From the NCBI RefSeq assembly GCF_020745735.1, contig NW_026867487.1, positions 3,472,001 through 3,536,000 on the forward strand: a stretch of 64,000 nt of DNA, given 5' to 3'. The first letter of the stretch is position 1; each line of letters begins with the position of its first letter. Positions 23,330 through 34,841 of the stretch are shown piece after piece. Made by a program: the position numbers and the translations under genes. Under the pieces are notes generated by a model. That model saw only the letters and a list, made by a program, of their open reading frames with translations. It had not been told where the DNA came from and did no database searches. The stretch is from Hemiscyllium ocellatum (Eukaryota).

Positions 23330-24960
23330 CAGCTTTAATAAATTGCTGGTTTCAAAACACTGCTTGTCCCAGACTAACCAAACGAACACACGTTGATGGT
23401 AGCAAGCCTGACACAATAGAACGGACTGCAAAGCAAACTCGAGTAGAATCGCTGAATATGCACCCCTCCTAGATGAGCTTTTATGGTCGTTTTGAAAAGA
23501 AGGTCACATGTCCCGTCTGCACCGAGTGCACCTGTACATACAGAAACCGCCAGAGATTGGTCTTCTTGACAGTGAACCCACAGCAAGCGAGGACACCATC
23601 AGGAATATTCCCACCAACTGTGCACTCAAATGCTGCATAGACCAGCTGGTGGGAACATTTGCAGATAACTTTACCCTCTCGTGACGACGATGTGCCGTTG
23701 CCATATGCTTCAAGTTGTCTACTATCATCCCGCTGCTGCAGTAAACATGCCAGAACGATTGCTGCCCAGTCACTCTGAGATCCATTGTTATGACATTCTA
23801 TGAGAGGCGATGAAATGCATAAAGCAGCTCCTGACTCCCAGATTGTTTTGAAACAGTACAATTCTCCTAAAATCTCACTCGGTCCTTGACAGTCATCCTT
23901 TACTTAGCCATACACCATATAATAAGGACAGCGTCTTCAGACTCCTATTTAATAGCAGTTAGGTCCGCCTTCAGCACCAGAATTCCGAGCAAATGCAGCT
24001 CCAAGCTCTGAGACCTAGGAATCTACTACACTGTCTGGAACTAGATTCGCTTCTTCGTGACCCACAAACCACATCAGTAAGGATAGGTAACAACACCTCC
24101 TCCACAATTATCCTCAAAACTGGTATTTGACAAGGCTGTGTACATCTCCCTTTACTATGCTCGTTATACAATCAAAACGATGTAGCAAAATGCAGCTGTA
24201 ACTCACAATGGATCAGATCTCAAACAACAACGACACAGATTATATGAAAGAGATACATAGACTAGTGGCATAGTGCATAAACAATTTTTAAATCAATGTT
24301 GGCAAAATGAAGGAACTCGTTAATCGGGTTCAGGAAGCGGAGTGAAAGTCAGGCCCATTTCGATATCAATGGTGCTGAGTTGACTATGTTTGCAAACGTC
24401 AATTTCCTAGAAGCAAATGTCATTACAATCTGTCCCAATCCATTTATGTCGACAATACGGACAAGAAAGCACAACAACACCTCGACTTTCACAGAACGCT
24501 AAGGAAATTCTATATGTCCACAATGACTGTTATCACTTTGCATACAAGCACCATTGAAAGCATCCTGTCCGATTCCATCAAAGCTTGGTGTGGTGACTAC
24601 TCTGCAAAAGGTCGCAAGAAATTGGATAAATGTGGTCCAAGTCAATGCATCATGAAAGCCAATTCTCCTTCCATTGACTTCCATGACAATTATCATTGCC
24701 TCGGGTGAGCAGCAAAACTGATCAAAGGTCCTTCCCAATCCGGTTATCATCTCTTCGACCCTCTATCATCCACAAGAACATTAGAAAGTTTGTTGTACGT
24801 GCTCACCAGTTTCCAGAACAGTTTCTTTCCTGCTGCTATTACCCTTACGAACGGACCTCCCGTGTTTTAGATTTGATCTGTAGTTGTAACACTATGTTCT
24901 GCTTTCTGTTGTGTTGCACTGATACTCATGCAAGATATGATTTGGCTGCTTAGAATGCAA
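23330..24960. mobile_element. Rex1/Babar-like LINE fragments (23330-24220 minus; about 24300-24960 plus 3' end)
   Basis: KAQQ(R)L.F..L.KF-type C-terminal coding and GAACAGTTTCTTTCCTGCTGCTATT tail, similar to the 42.3-43.8 kb copy. Family call is from recall. Confidence 0.55.
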
Positions 24961-27615
24961 AACCTTAACTTTCAATTTATCTTGTTTATGTGACAGCAAG
25001 AAATCAAATCAAATCAAATGTATATGCTTTACTTGCTTAGTATTAACAATCGATAAATTCCGGTCCAAAGCCAATACTTCATTGAAAATCTCCCATTGTA
25101 GTAATCTTTTAGTTAAAAAGGCTTCCTCTGTGTCCTGTCACTGTACTTCTCAGTCCAAATGAATGCATTCCGCTATTAGACAGCCAAAAGTCACCGGTCA
25201 GGAAATACTCCTCACGATAAATAAAGGCAGAAATTTTTGGCCCCATAATTTTTGTTTTAAAAGTAGTTGTACACCTAGTGGTGCAGATTAGAAAACATTT
25301 ATCATCGTCCATGTGTTCTAATTAAGATGAGTTGGATTAGTGTAACAGCTTGAATCAATAGTTAATGAATCCCTTTCAGTCTGCATTACTGTCATCAAGT
25401 CCTGTGCGACTTAAATTGCTACACAATCACCTGTAGAAATGTAGCTACGCATGATTTTGCTGTAAAGCCTGAAATGTCGTTTCTGCGCCCTTCACAGTTT
25501 AATAAAATCCTTCTCAAAGCAGGGCACTCATATCTGTATGGAGTACTCCAAATGATCACCAAATTCGGATCATACATTATTAGGTAACCTAGGAACACGA
25601 TTTGCTGATTGTCAATAATTGAATTATCCTGAGATGATTTATTGTCAATATCCTTACTGAGACTGCAATTCCTCAAATTCAGAGATGGGTGGAGATTAAA
25701 GATTTCTATGATCGTACAAAGCCACAGCCATTTACTTTTCAATGGATTGCTTTCATTTCCCAGCCATTGTGTCCTCTGGAATTCTGTTACCTTGCTGTCA
25801 GCCAACTCTGGGTCCACTGAGGTTTACCTGCCTCGTGAATTATTTTGGTTTATTTACTTTGAAGAGATCTCATCGGTATAGAGAAGGCCAGAACTTGTTA
25901 CCGATTCTGAATTGCTTTTGGGAAAGAGATAGTAAGATGTCTTCTTGAACCATTGCATTCTTGTGGATGTCAGGGCAGGTCGAGTGCTATTAGAAAGTGA
26001 GTTCTGGGATTTGAATCAAGGGCAAGAGTCAATGCAGCTCCAAGACAGGATGGAACGTACCTTGGAGGAGATCTTGAATGGTGCGCTGCCATCCATTGAT
26101 CGATTCCTTTTCTGCTGTTTTCTTTTTCCCCCAAGATGATCGTCTGCACAAAATGGTGCTACCACTAGTTCTGTGATAATAGAAATGGATGATGACACAG
26201 GTGAATAGGCTGTTAGTCGGGCGGGTTGCCTTCTTTGAACAATGTTGTGCTCTAAACTCTGATTGGGGTGCCTCATTAAACCATAAAAAAATTCCCCTTC
26301 TCCACTCATCATTACAACAGTGGAGAGAATCACTGTGCTTGATTCCTACAAACGGCATTCTTCGTCTGTTGTAGCCAATTGCAGCCAGTTCCATTTATGG
26401 GTCGGGGGGGGGGGGGGTGGGGAGAAGCAATGACTTGAAAATCATGGGTCTGTGGCTCTGAACGATTATAGAAAGTTGGTCTGATGTTGTCTTCGCTGGT
26501 GACATTGTTCTTAACACACGATATCGGCTCGTGCCTGAGTGTCCCTGGTTAGAACCATATTGAGCATCAGTGAGAAGGCATCTTTTTGCTTTATCGTTCA
26601 TTCACGGTTCGAGGGCACTGCTGACTATGGCAGCATTTGTTATCCATCATTGATTTTCCGAGGACAGTTCAGAGTCAACCACATTGGCTGTGGGACAGGA
26701 GTCAGATGGAGGCTAGACCAAGTAAGGATTGAACTTTACTTCAGAAAAAAAGCATTAGTGAACCTGATGGTTACAGAATCTTCATAACTCAAATCTGAAA
26801 AACAAACAAACAAAAGAAATACACGTTCAAATAGTCATTGAAAAATTCGCTTGTAACATCACACGATTGTCAGATTTGATTTTGCACAGAAGATCTTGAG
26901 TTACCATGATTATTACTTACTTAGTCAGCTATTGATGCATCATGTCTGTACATGTATTCGGTTTGCATAGAATTCCTGTGAACTTATATTTGATTATGTG
27001 ATGGTGAATGGCGTAAAATGCAATCAATAAAAATACAGTGCACCGAATGACGTGTGCACCATGCATGTATGGCAGCACGGCTACAGTAACAATCCTTATA
27101 GTTTGACGCCCCTTTAAAAGTGTCCCTGAGCAAAACAAATACTATTTCACTGGTTTTTCATTGGCTCTGCATGAATAAAAGTCAGTAAAATGTAATCATA
27201 TATGAGGGCTCATAATATCCCAAAAATCCATTTTTGTCATATTAGTGTATTTCAAACACAAGTGTCCCGTATGAAAGATCAATGAGTGCCTTAAAACTGA
27301 CCTTGGTTTCCAAACCATCAGCATTCAGGACATTCTGTCTCTTTGGAATATGATTCCAGTTCCAAATGGTGAAAGGACGAGTCAACGCATCACTCTTCTC
27401 AGTGAACACTACGTTTTGGTGTCAAGTGAGGAACTGTGCGACAGGAAGACGTGTCTGTGAGATTGTGAAGTCAAGATTGGTTTGCTCCCATGCTCACTGT
27501 GAATATAAAAGAGATAAATACTTGAAACACGACACAAAGGCAGCAGAATTCCATCCAGAATCATCTCATGTGAAATTGATTGCCCTATACTGCGAACTCA
27601 AAGAATAGACAAACG

Positions 27616-28022
27616 ATGCATGGACTAACAATAAGTTTATGTTTACTTATTTTAGGTAAGTGTTTCTTGCAGCAGCTAATTAAGCTTTAATTACCACAGC
27701 TTTCTTTTCCTGTCGTTTACCTGTCACCTTTTCCTCAACAGTCATGCGTGGAAAGGCTGCAATCAAGCAAGCAGAGGAGATATTCTCACAGGAGGGACAA
27801 TCAGTTGTAATCCAGTGCCATGCAACCACCAGTGGAAGCGACAGCATACACTGGTACAAACAACTGGAGAAATGTGGCCCAAAATTCATCCTTTCTGCTA
27901 TCAGTGGGAACGCTACTGACGGGCGATTCAATCTTTTCATCGAATCAAAAAGAAGTTATAACATTCTCAGTATTGTCAGCACAGTGCTGTCGGACGCTGG
28001 AGTGTATCATTGTGGAGTGAAG
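27616..28022 (+). CDS. TCR alpha-type V segment with short CDR2/C'' region; leader 27616-27655, V exon 27742-28022
   Basis: Leader MHGLTISLCLLIL + GTAAGT, 86-nt intron. Open exon AAIKQAEEIFSQEGQSVVIQCHATTSGSDSIHWYKQLEKCGPKFIL...SDAGVYHCGVK. Confidence 0.9.
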
Positions 28023-28061
28023 CACGGTGAGACAAAGACTGCGTGCCGCCGTTCAATATCT
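28023..28061 (+). other. RSS, 23-bp spacer, weak nonamer
   Basis: CACGGTG + 23 nt + TCAATATCT. Confidence 0.75.
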
Positions 28062-30159
28062 ATTGAAAGTTCCTATCAGACGAGCTCTACACATATGCTT
28101 ACATATGGTGCAGATTTCCGCTGACTTCATTCATCTCATAATTTAAGGATTCCTCATAATTTTTTTAATGGACTGACCCATTTCAGAGATGCTTTGAACA
28201 TGTTCCCTCCCTTCTCTAGGAAATAATTTTATTATACTCAAACAACCAGTGCAAGAGACGATATGGTAACCGGTACAACAGACAGGAGAGTTAACTCCTG
28301 ATGTTTGGATGATTAACATAGACAGATATGGCAAAGAGCGCAGAGACATTCAGTTAACGTATGGCTTGTGTAAGATATGTTCCATAAACACAAAATTCAG
28401 GAGACTGAGGAGGAATCTGAGTGTCTTTGAGCCTTGAATCACCTGACTACTGATCATCGTCATCTAATAGTGTGCTTCACTTTTGAGCTGTGTCTTTTTT
28501 ATTGTTTTTTTTTGAAGGCAGTGACGAATGAGTCGATCAGTAGCTCCTAACATGCGCGTCAATGAGCTACAATTATCGTATAATTCTTATTCTCTTCTGC
28601 ACATTGGTGCAGAGTTTCTTTAACTGATTTCTGATATGAGTGGAGCTGTGCTGGACTCTGTGCTGAGATGTTGCTGTTCAAAAAGAGTTTAACGAGGTAA
28701 TTTACTGGAGATGTACTGAAGACTGAATATCCAGCACTCACAACATGCATTGGTACACAGAGAAATCGATTATGGGCTGAAGTGGTGGGAAAAGCATGTG
28801 AACATTGAAACTTTGGGAAAGAATAAGGGGAAGGGAATGCGATTTGAAACAATGTTTTCCACTGCAGCCAAATGGTTTCAAGTGTTTTGTGACAGCACAG
28901 GAAACGTGGATACCGTTTTGTGCCGCGCTGTACAATCCTACAGTGACTAAGCAACAGCCAAACACGTTCTTAGATTTCCAGCACAGCTGCAACAATCTCT
29001 CAAATGATATAGGGCACTCAAGCCCGTCCATTCTCCATTAGTATGCCCTTCATTTCAAAATTTAGTATTGCAAACCTTTCTTTTAAAATGTTGCAATACT
29101 ACGTCGTCAAACACTCCAGTTTCGTCAAAGGTTTTAGCACACGCTTATCATCCGTTGACCTATACTGCTACAAAAGTAGTCACCACTTTGAGGGAACTGG
29201 ACGGGTGTTTATCGTTTTAAGTTGTATCTGAACAAATGAGATCAAATAAATTGTCAAACGTTGATGAATTTACAGATATCTGTCTGAACATTTGATAGAG
29301 TCGTCACTTTTTTTTCTGCAGCGTCCTCTGGGCTATTTGATGAGCATGAACACGTATCAGAATTGGTCGCAAAAAACAACAAATAAATGTGTGTGTGAAT
29401 GCTATGTGCATGTGCGTGTGTGTCTGCAGGCATGTGGGTATATATGCAAATGTGTACACATAAATGTGTGTGTATTTGTTTGTGCATGATCCTTTTCGAT
29501 TGTTCAGTGTGATCTGTTGCTGTGATACTGATACCGAAATACTAAAGCTAAGACGAATGATATGATACCAAAGACGTAAACTTTAAAGAGATGAATTGAA
29601 CAAAGGAACTCTCGTACTTTAAATGATTTAAAGTGAACAATAACAGCCGCAACCTGCATACAAGGACTATTCAACATCTGATTCTGAATAAAAAGATTCT
29701 TTGAGACAAAGAGTCGCAAAGTTACAAGGATTGCTTGGAGACTTGTTAGAACGGTTTGGGACAGGTAATGGTTTACATTTCATGGATATATACACGAATG
29801 ACACCAATCATTCAGTCCCATCTAAGTCAACAATAAAAAGGGAAGGTCACACAAACATGGGCTTGTACGATAAATTAAGAATGGATATTAGATACAACAT
29901 GATATAAATAAGGCTGTCAGAACAAAGAGCATTCTTGAGGACCGGCAGCATTTTCGAGTTCAGCAAATTTGATTGGATTGGATTTACTATGAGCGCAAAA
30001 TGATGAAGACAAGTAAAATAGTGAAGAGCGATAAACTGCTGACTAAATATTTCATGATTGGTTCGACAATTAATGCAGGGAATGGCAGAGAATGAACTGT
30101 AAATTCGATTTACTGTTGTTAGATTACATCGGCTGCTCACCACCTGGGCATCTGGTATG

Positions 30160-30197
30160 GATTTATGTACAGGATCTTCTTTTTCTGTGACACCGTG
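30160..30197 (-). other. RSS with 22-bp spacer
   Basis: CACGGTG + 22 nt + ACATAAATC. Confidence 0.8.
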
Positions 30198-30668
30198 GGG
30201 TCCAAAGCACAGTAGTACATTGCAGAATCAGAAATAAGTACGTTGCTGATCTTTAATTTGGTAATTTTGTGAACACTATCAAACATTGAAGAGAAACGTT
30301 CAGGAACGTTTCGATTCTTTTTTAGATTCTCTCCTATAATTCGAACGATTAGATATGGAGCCTGTCCAAGGCGATGACTATACCAGTAGATGTACATTCG
30401 ATTGCTGCTTCTTTTTAAAATGCAGGTTAGTGTGGCTGTGCTTTGCTCTTCAACCATCGTTTCAAGGTCTGGTTGCTCTACTGTCGCTTGCTGGCTCCAA
30501 TCTAGGAGAAAACCGGGTTTCTCGTTATAATTTTAACCACAATTACCTTGGTCAACTTCTCAGCGGTAAAAATAAGCTCCTGACAGCAATCTTCCAGAAC
30601 AGATTCGACAAGAGATACTTACTGAGCAACGATATAATGATGAGAAGCACTGCAAGCAGTGTCTGCAT
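30198..30668 (-). CDS. TCR alpha/delta V segment, apparently functional; leader 30668-30623, V exon 30501-30198
   Basis: Leader MQTLLAVLLIIISLL + GTAAGT, 121-nt intron. Open exon ATVEQPDLETMVEEQSTATLTCILKRSSNRMYIYWYSHRLGQAP...SDSAMYYCALDP. Confidence 0.92.
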
Positions 30669-30891
30669 GGTCCTGCCTGATTCCGTGACACTGCAGTCCG
30701 AAAAATCATCTGTTTAGGCAATGATACAGATTGCTGCTGTGCTGGACTGTAATCTAAACAATAGCGATCGTAGAACTGCATACAGTGGGCGCTGTGGGGC
30801 AGAGCAAGAAATTCAACTGGAAGCTATGGGCAAGGCTGTCCCTGTTTTGCTGCTCGAATGTTGTTAGAAAATGGGTGATGTACGTCACTAT

Positions 30892-30906
30892 GTCGCCCTC
30901 TGGCGG
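30892..30906 (-). promoter_or_regulatory. Candidate CTCF site next to a CRE-like motif in the 30.7 kb V promoter
   Basis: Minus strand CCGCCAGAGGGCGAC fits the CTCF core; TGACGTAC at 30887-30880. Motif match only. Confidence 0.55.
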
Positions 30907-31553
30907 CTAAATGATGGAATGGTATTTTTATCGAAGGAACAGTTGAGACAACTTGTTTCTTCAGGCGATGTGATAACTGACCTGTACAACTACTAATGAC
31001 GGAAATATGATTACTGTTAACAGAGATTGCAAATTACGTTATGCCTTACTTCATAGATGATAGTGTCTCTTCTCTGACATGTCTCACTGGACGTTATTTT
31101 GCACTGTCCACAGTTGAAGCATCTAAGGATGCAACTTTTTATTTAAAATTAAAATGATATAACGATCAGTAAACGTAATGTCACATTAACGGTCACGGCT
31201 GCATTCAGGAAATACATCTTTTGAGCACAATACAAATATTCAAATTCAGCATCATGAAGACGTTCAGTTCACAATGGCCTTATTAGTGGCTTTCATTTTT
31301 TGCTTATTTCTTTGTTTTCCTTACTTTTTTCACTGGAGAATACATGGTGGTGATGAGTTAACTTTTGTGGCACAAGGTTTTGTGAAGTCAACATGATAAA
31401 CCTCGCAAGTAATAACAAAGATCATAATTCAATGTATCAGTCTAATAGACGACTAACCTCCAATGATTGCTATTGATAACTCTTGGTAAGTTTTAAGTAT
31501 AAATATTTCTGCTATTCTGTCTGTAAGTGTAAACTTGTGAGAGGTGTTAACAC

Positions 31554-31614
31554 AATTACCAAACTAAACATCAGCAACGTACTTATTTCTGATTCCGCAA
31601 TGTACTACTGTGCT
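31554..31614 (+). pseudogene. 61-bp inverted copy of the 3' end of the 30.2 kb V, no RSS
   Basis: ITKLNISNVLISDSAMYYCA; 58/61 nt identical to the reverse complement of about 30206-30266. Confidence 0.85.
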
Positions 31615-31769
31615 GTAATCAACTCTTCCTCTTTTCCAAGTTCAGCCATTCCGCGTGCAGTTTACTTGTTAATAAAGACTGATTGTGTTGTCAGAACAAA
31701 GTTTGCTGTTATCTTGGTGAGTTTCGTGGAGTTTAGCTCTCACAGTCCTGTAGCTCTTTTATTCCACGT

Positions 31770-32330
31770 CTGAATTTGAGATACCCCATGTGCATTTTGC
31801 AGGGATCGTTCCCTCTGGGAAAACCTAATCCATTGCGTGAGCACGAACACTAACTCCCCCCTCCCCAAGGCACCTTCCCATGTAACCGCAGAAGGCACAA
31901 CACCTGCCAAATTACCTCCACTCGGCTTACCATTCAGGGCCTAGACAGCCTTTCCAGGTGAAGCAGCATTTCACCTGCACCTCCTCCAGTCTTGTGTATT
32001 CTGTTTGTTGCGTACTATGTGGCAAACTTTACTTTGGAGAAAGCAAACACAGATTGAGCGCATGTTGCAGAACACCTCCGTTTTTATACAAGCACCACCA
32101 TGACAGTCCCATGGCCGGCCATTTTAGCACAACGTCCTTTTCGCCAGGTCCCCATGCCTGTCCTCAGCATGCTGCGTTGTCACAATTCACATTGGGCACT
32201 TGAAAACCTTCTGGACTTGTTACTGAGTTCAACACATTTAAATTGTGAAGCTGCTCCCATTACATCCCTTTCTTTCAACTTGCTATTATGTCCTGCCTCC
32301 CTTCCGCTATTCTATTAGAACTGTCTGTCG
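31770..32330 (+). mobile_element. Penelope-like element remnant (GIY-YIG endonuclease region)
   Basis: GTFPCNRRRHNTC...FQVKQHFTCTSSSLVYSVCCVLCGKLYFGESKHRL matches the CCHH/GIY-YIG region of Penelope-like retroelements; frameshifted. Confidence 0.8.
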
Positions 32331-34392
32331 TTTTAGGTCTGGCAGGGAGCACGCCATTGCCCTGCTATTCTCACATTTCGCTCAATTAATGTGAACTATC
32401 AACATCTTACCTCCATCAGCATTGTACACCCACTATCCCGCCCCGCCAAGTGAAGATACTTTGTGGCCTTAATCGTATAGATGCAGAGAGGTATTTCACC
32501 TTGTGGGTGTGTATAGACCAGAGTGCATATTCCTGAATGACTGTCATTTTCAGGTAGTTACAACCGCGGTCTGCAGCAATTCTAGAATGGTGTTGAATCT
32601 GTGGCATTCTTTACCACAGAGGCCAGTTGAGGCTCGGTTTCCAAGTATACTGAATGTTTATAGGGTAAATGCAAAACAAAACTGGATGTGAAGATGATCA
32701 GATCAGCTATGGTCTAACTGAATTGCATAGCACTCTCGGTGGATGACTTTACGTTCTTTTGCCCATATGATTTATAATATTATGGTCTATCTACCTCAAC
32801 CTTCTTGTTACTTTCAGCATCCTTCAACGGATTCAGTCACGTGTTCTTCACTCACTGATGCAGTTCTTTGTCTCACTCTACACATGATTCTGCCCAAACC
32901 ATATGTCTAAATGACTCCGTGCAATTGTATTTGTAGCTCTCACATTTCTGTCTGTGAGTACGTTTTCTGTGTGCAGCTCATGATCTCATTTTTGATATCT
33001 TAATATTGACTACAGTCCACGACAACTCGTTGTTTTTAAAATCTCCGATAGGTTTCTTCACAGGATGAGATTTATGCAGGATAAGGGATTTGTTACATTT
33101 GCAGTAATTAATGGAAAATGTTGCATTCTGGCACGTGCTGTGTTTTGGTAATTTCGGCTCAAAATACAGAATGCCCAATTTGTGACTGTGATGGAAATCT
33201 ATTAACTTGGATTTATGCATGCAGCAGGTCTACAAACTGCAAGAATCTCCTCAGTATCCAGCAGCAAACACTCCTGTTAATTGGAAGCCCAGAGGTGGCT
33301 TAAGCAATTACTCCCTGATCAGTGGAACAAGAATCTGCAGATGATAATGTGTCGCAAACCGCACTGCAAAAGGTCGCCACGTCTGCTTCCAAACGTGGGA
33401 GCAGTAATTTACCTTCCACCGTTGTACTTACATTGAAATGTGGGAACGTATTTGAATAAGCAATTAACCATCTGTTTAAACTCGAAAGAGTCAACCTTTG
33501 AATTTTTTTTCCAGTCGCTCACACTTCGTCATTCAAGCTGAACACAATCAATTCGCTGGTGACGTGTTGTTGTGACGTAGCAATTTCAATGGTTCAATTT
33601 GTCTAATTCTGCCCCTGTAATGAATTGAATTGTTTATGTTCCTCCGTCTGCTCGTTACATTCATCTCCCTTCAATGGATTAAGTTTCGCCTTCTTCTCTA
33701 TCCCACTTTTGTTTACCTAAGCTTAACAGCCTCTCAATTTTAACAGCCCTTTCTCAATCACCAGTATCAGTACCCCAGATGCAAAGCATCACCTTGTCAA
33801 AGGGTTTATTTGTTCAGAGTGAGTTTCTGTATCATGGATGGCTTGAACATATTGTGCAAATTTCACAATGCGAGAGAATGATTAATAAAACAGGCACAAC
33901 TTTGTATTCTCCTTGATGCCTGTTTCTCTTCATACAGTATCACAATGCGAGAGTATTTCATTAACTCTTTGCTAGCTAACAGACTAATTTTTCGTTCCTT
34001 GTTTCTCAGAATGGCGGGTTGGAATAATCCACGTTAAATTCAAACTGATTATTTGGGTTGCTTCTTTTAATTGAAATCCAAATCTCTCTCTGCAAATCTC
34101 GCAAAAGTAGATTGCTGAGAGGAGGTTTTAGAATGGTTGTGCTCACAAGTGATTCTCTTTTGTAACAGTTAGTGTGCTCGGAGTCTGCAGTTTTTATTTT
34201 CTCAGCAGCACCAGTATACAGTTGGCTGACCGTTTCATTAGAGGTTACTTTGGTTTCCTCTTGGTGTGGTTTTGTGCTTCTGACAGCACTTTGTAGTTGT
34301 CCGGGACTTCACATACACGCCACAGATAGAGGCCAAACGACACCCCAAAGGCAGCATTTTGTGCAGAAGTGAAACTGGATCTCATCACTATG

Positions 34393-34841
34393 TGTCTGAT
34401 AAAGTGCAGTAATACACGGCAGAGTCAATTAGCTCGAGCTCAGTGATCGTCAAACTGGTGACTTTCTTGGAGGTCTCAAGTTCTGCAGAGAAGCAATCTT
34501 CAGCAAAACTTCCTTTAACCTGATCACCGTCTGTATCTTTCCACAGAGTACACTCAGGCTGTGTGTTTTGATGTTGTCGGTCCCAGAGTAATGCATATCT
34601 GCCAAATGTTGTATCATAGGTACAGTTGAGAATCACTGCCTCTCCTTCTGTCTGAACAATTGACGAGGGTGAGTGTCAGACTCACCATGACTCAGGTCTG
34701 AAAGCAAAAACAGAGATCGATTATAAACTGTTATTGTAGTGTTAGTTTAAAATATGATGTCATAAAACAAAATGTAAATTTCGTTTCCTCCTAATTTACG
34801 TATCAGAAATGCTTCCCACGCAAATCAGATGCTGGGTGCAT
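34393..34841 (-). pseudogene. TCR alpha/delta V pseudogene (family of 56.8/61.6 kb)
   Basis: Disrupted 42-nt leader (34841-34800), frameshift in FR1, WDRQ for WYRQ, ...DSAVYYCTLSD. RSS 34392-34354 is CATAGTG/23/ACAAAATGC (CAC lost). Confidence 0.88.

Noticed and set aside
27742-28022. Possible NAR-TCR / IgNAR V domain because of the short CDR2 region
   Set aside because: It keeps a TCR-type FR2 (WYKQ..GPKFIL) and lacks IgNAR-type framework motifs; no NAR V plus leaderless supporting V pair is seen in the window.
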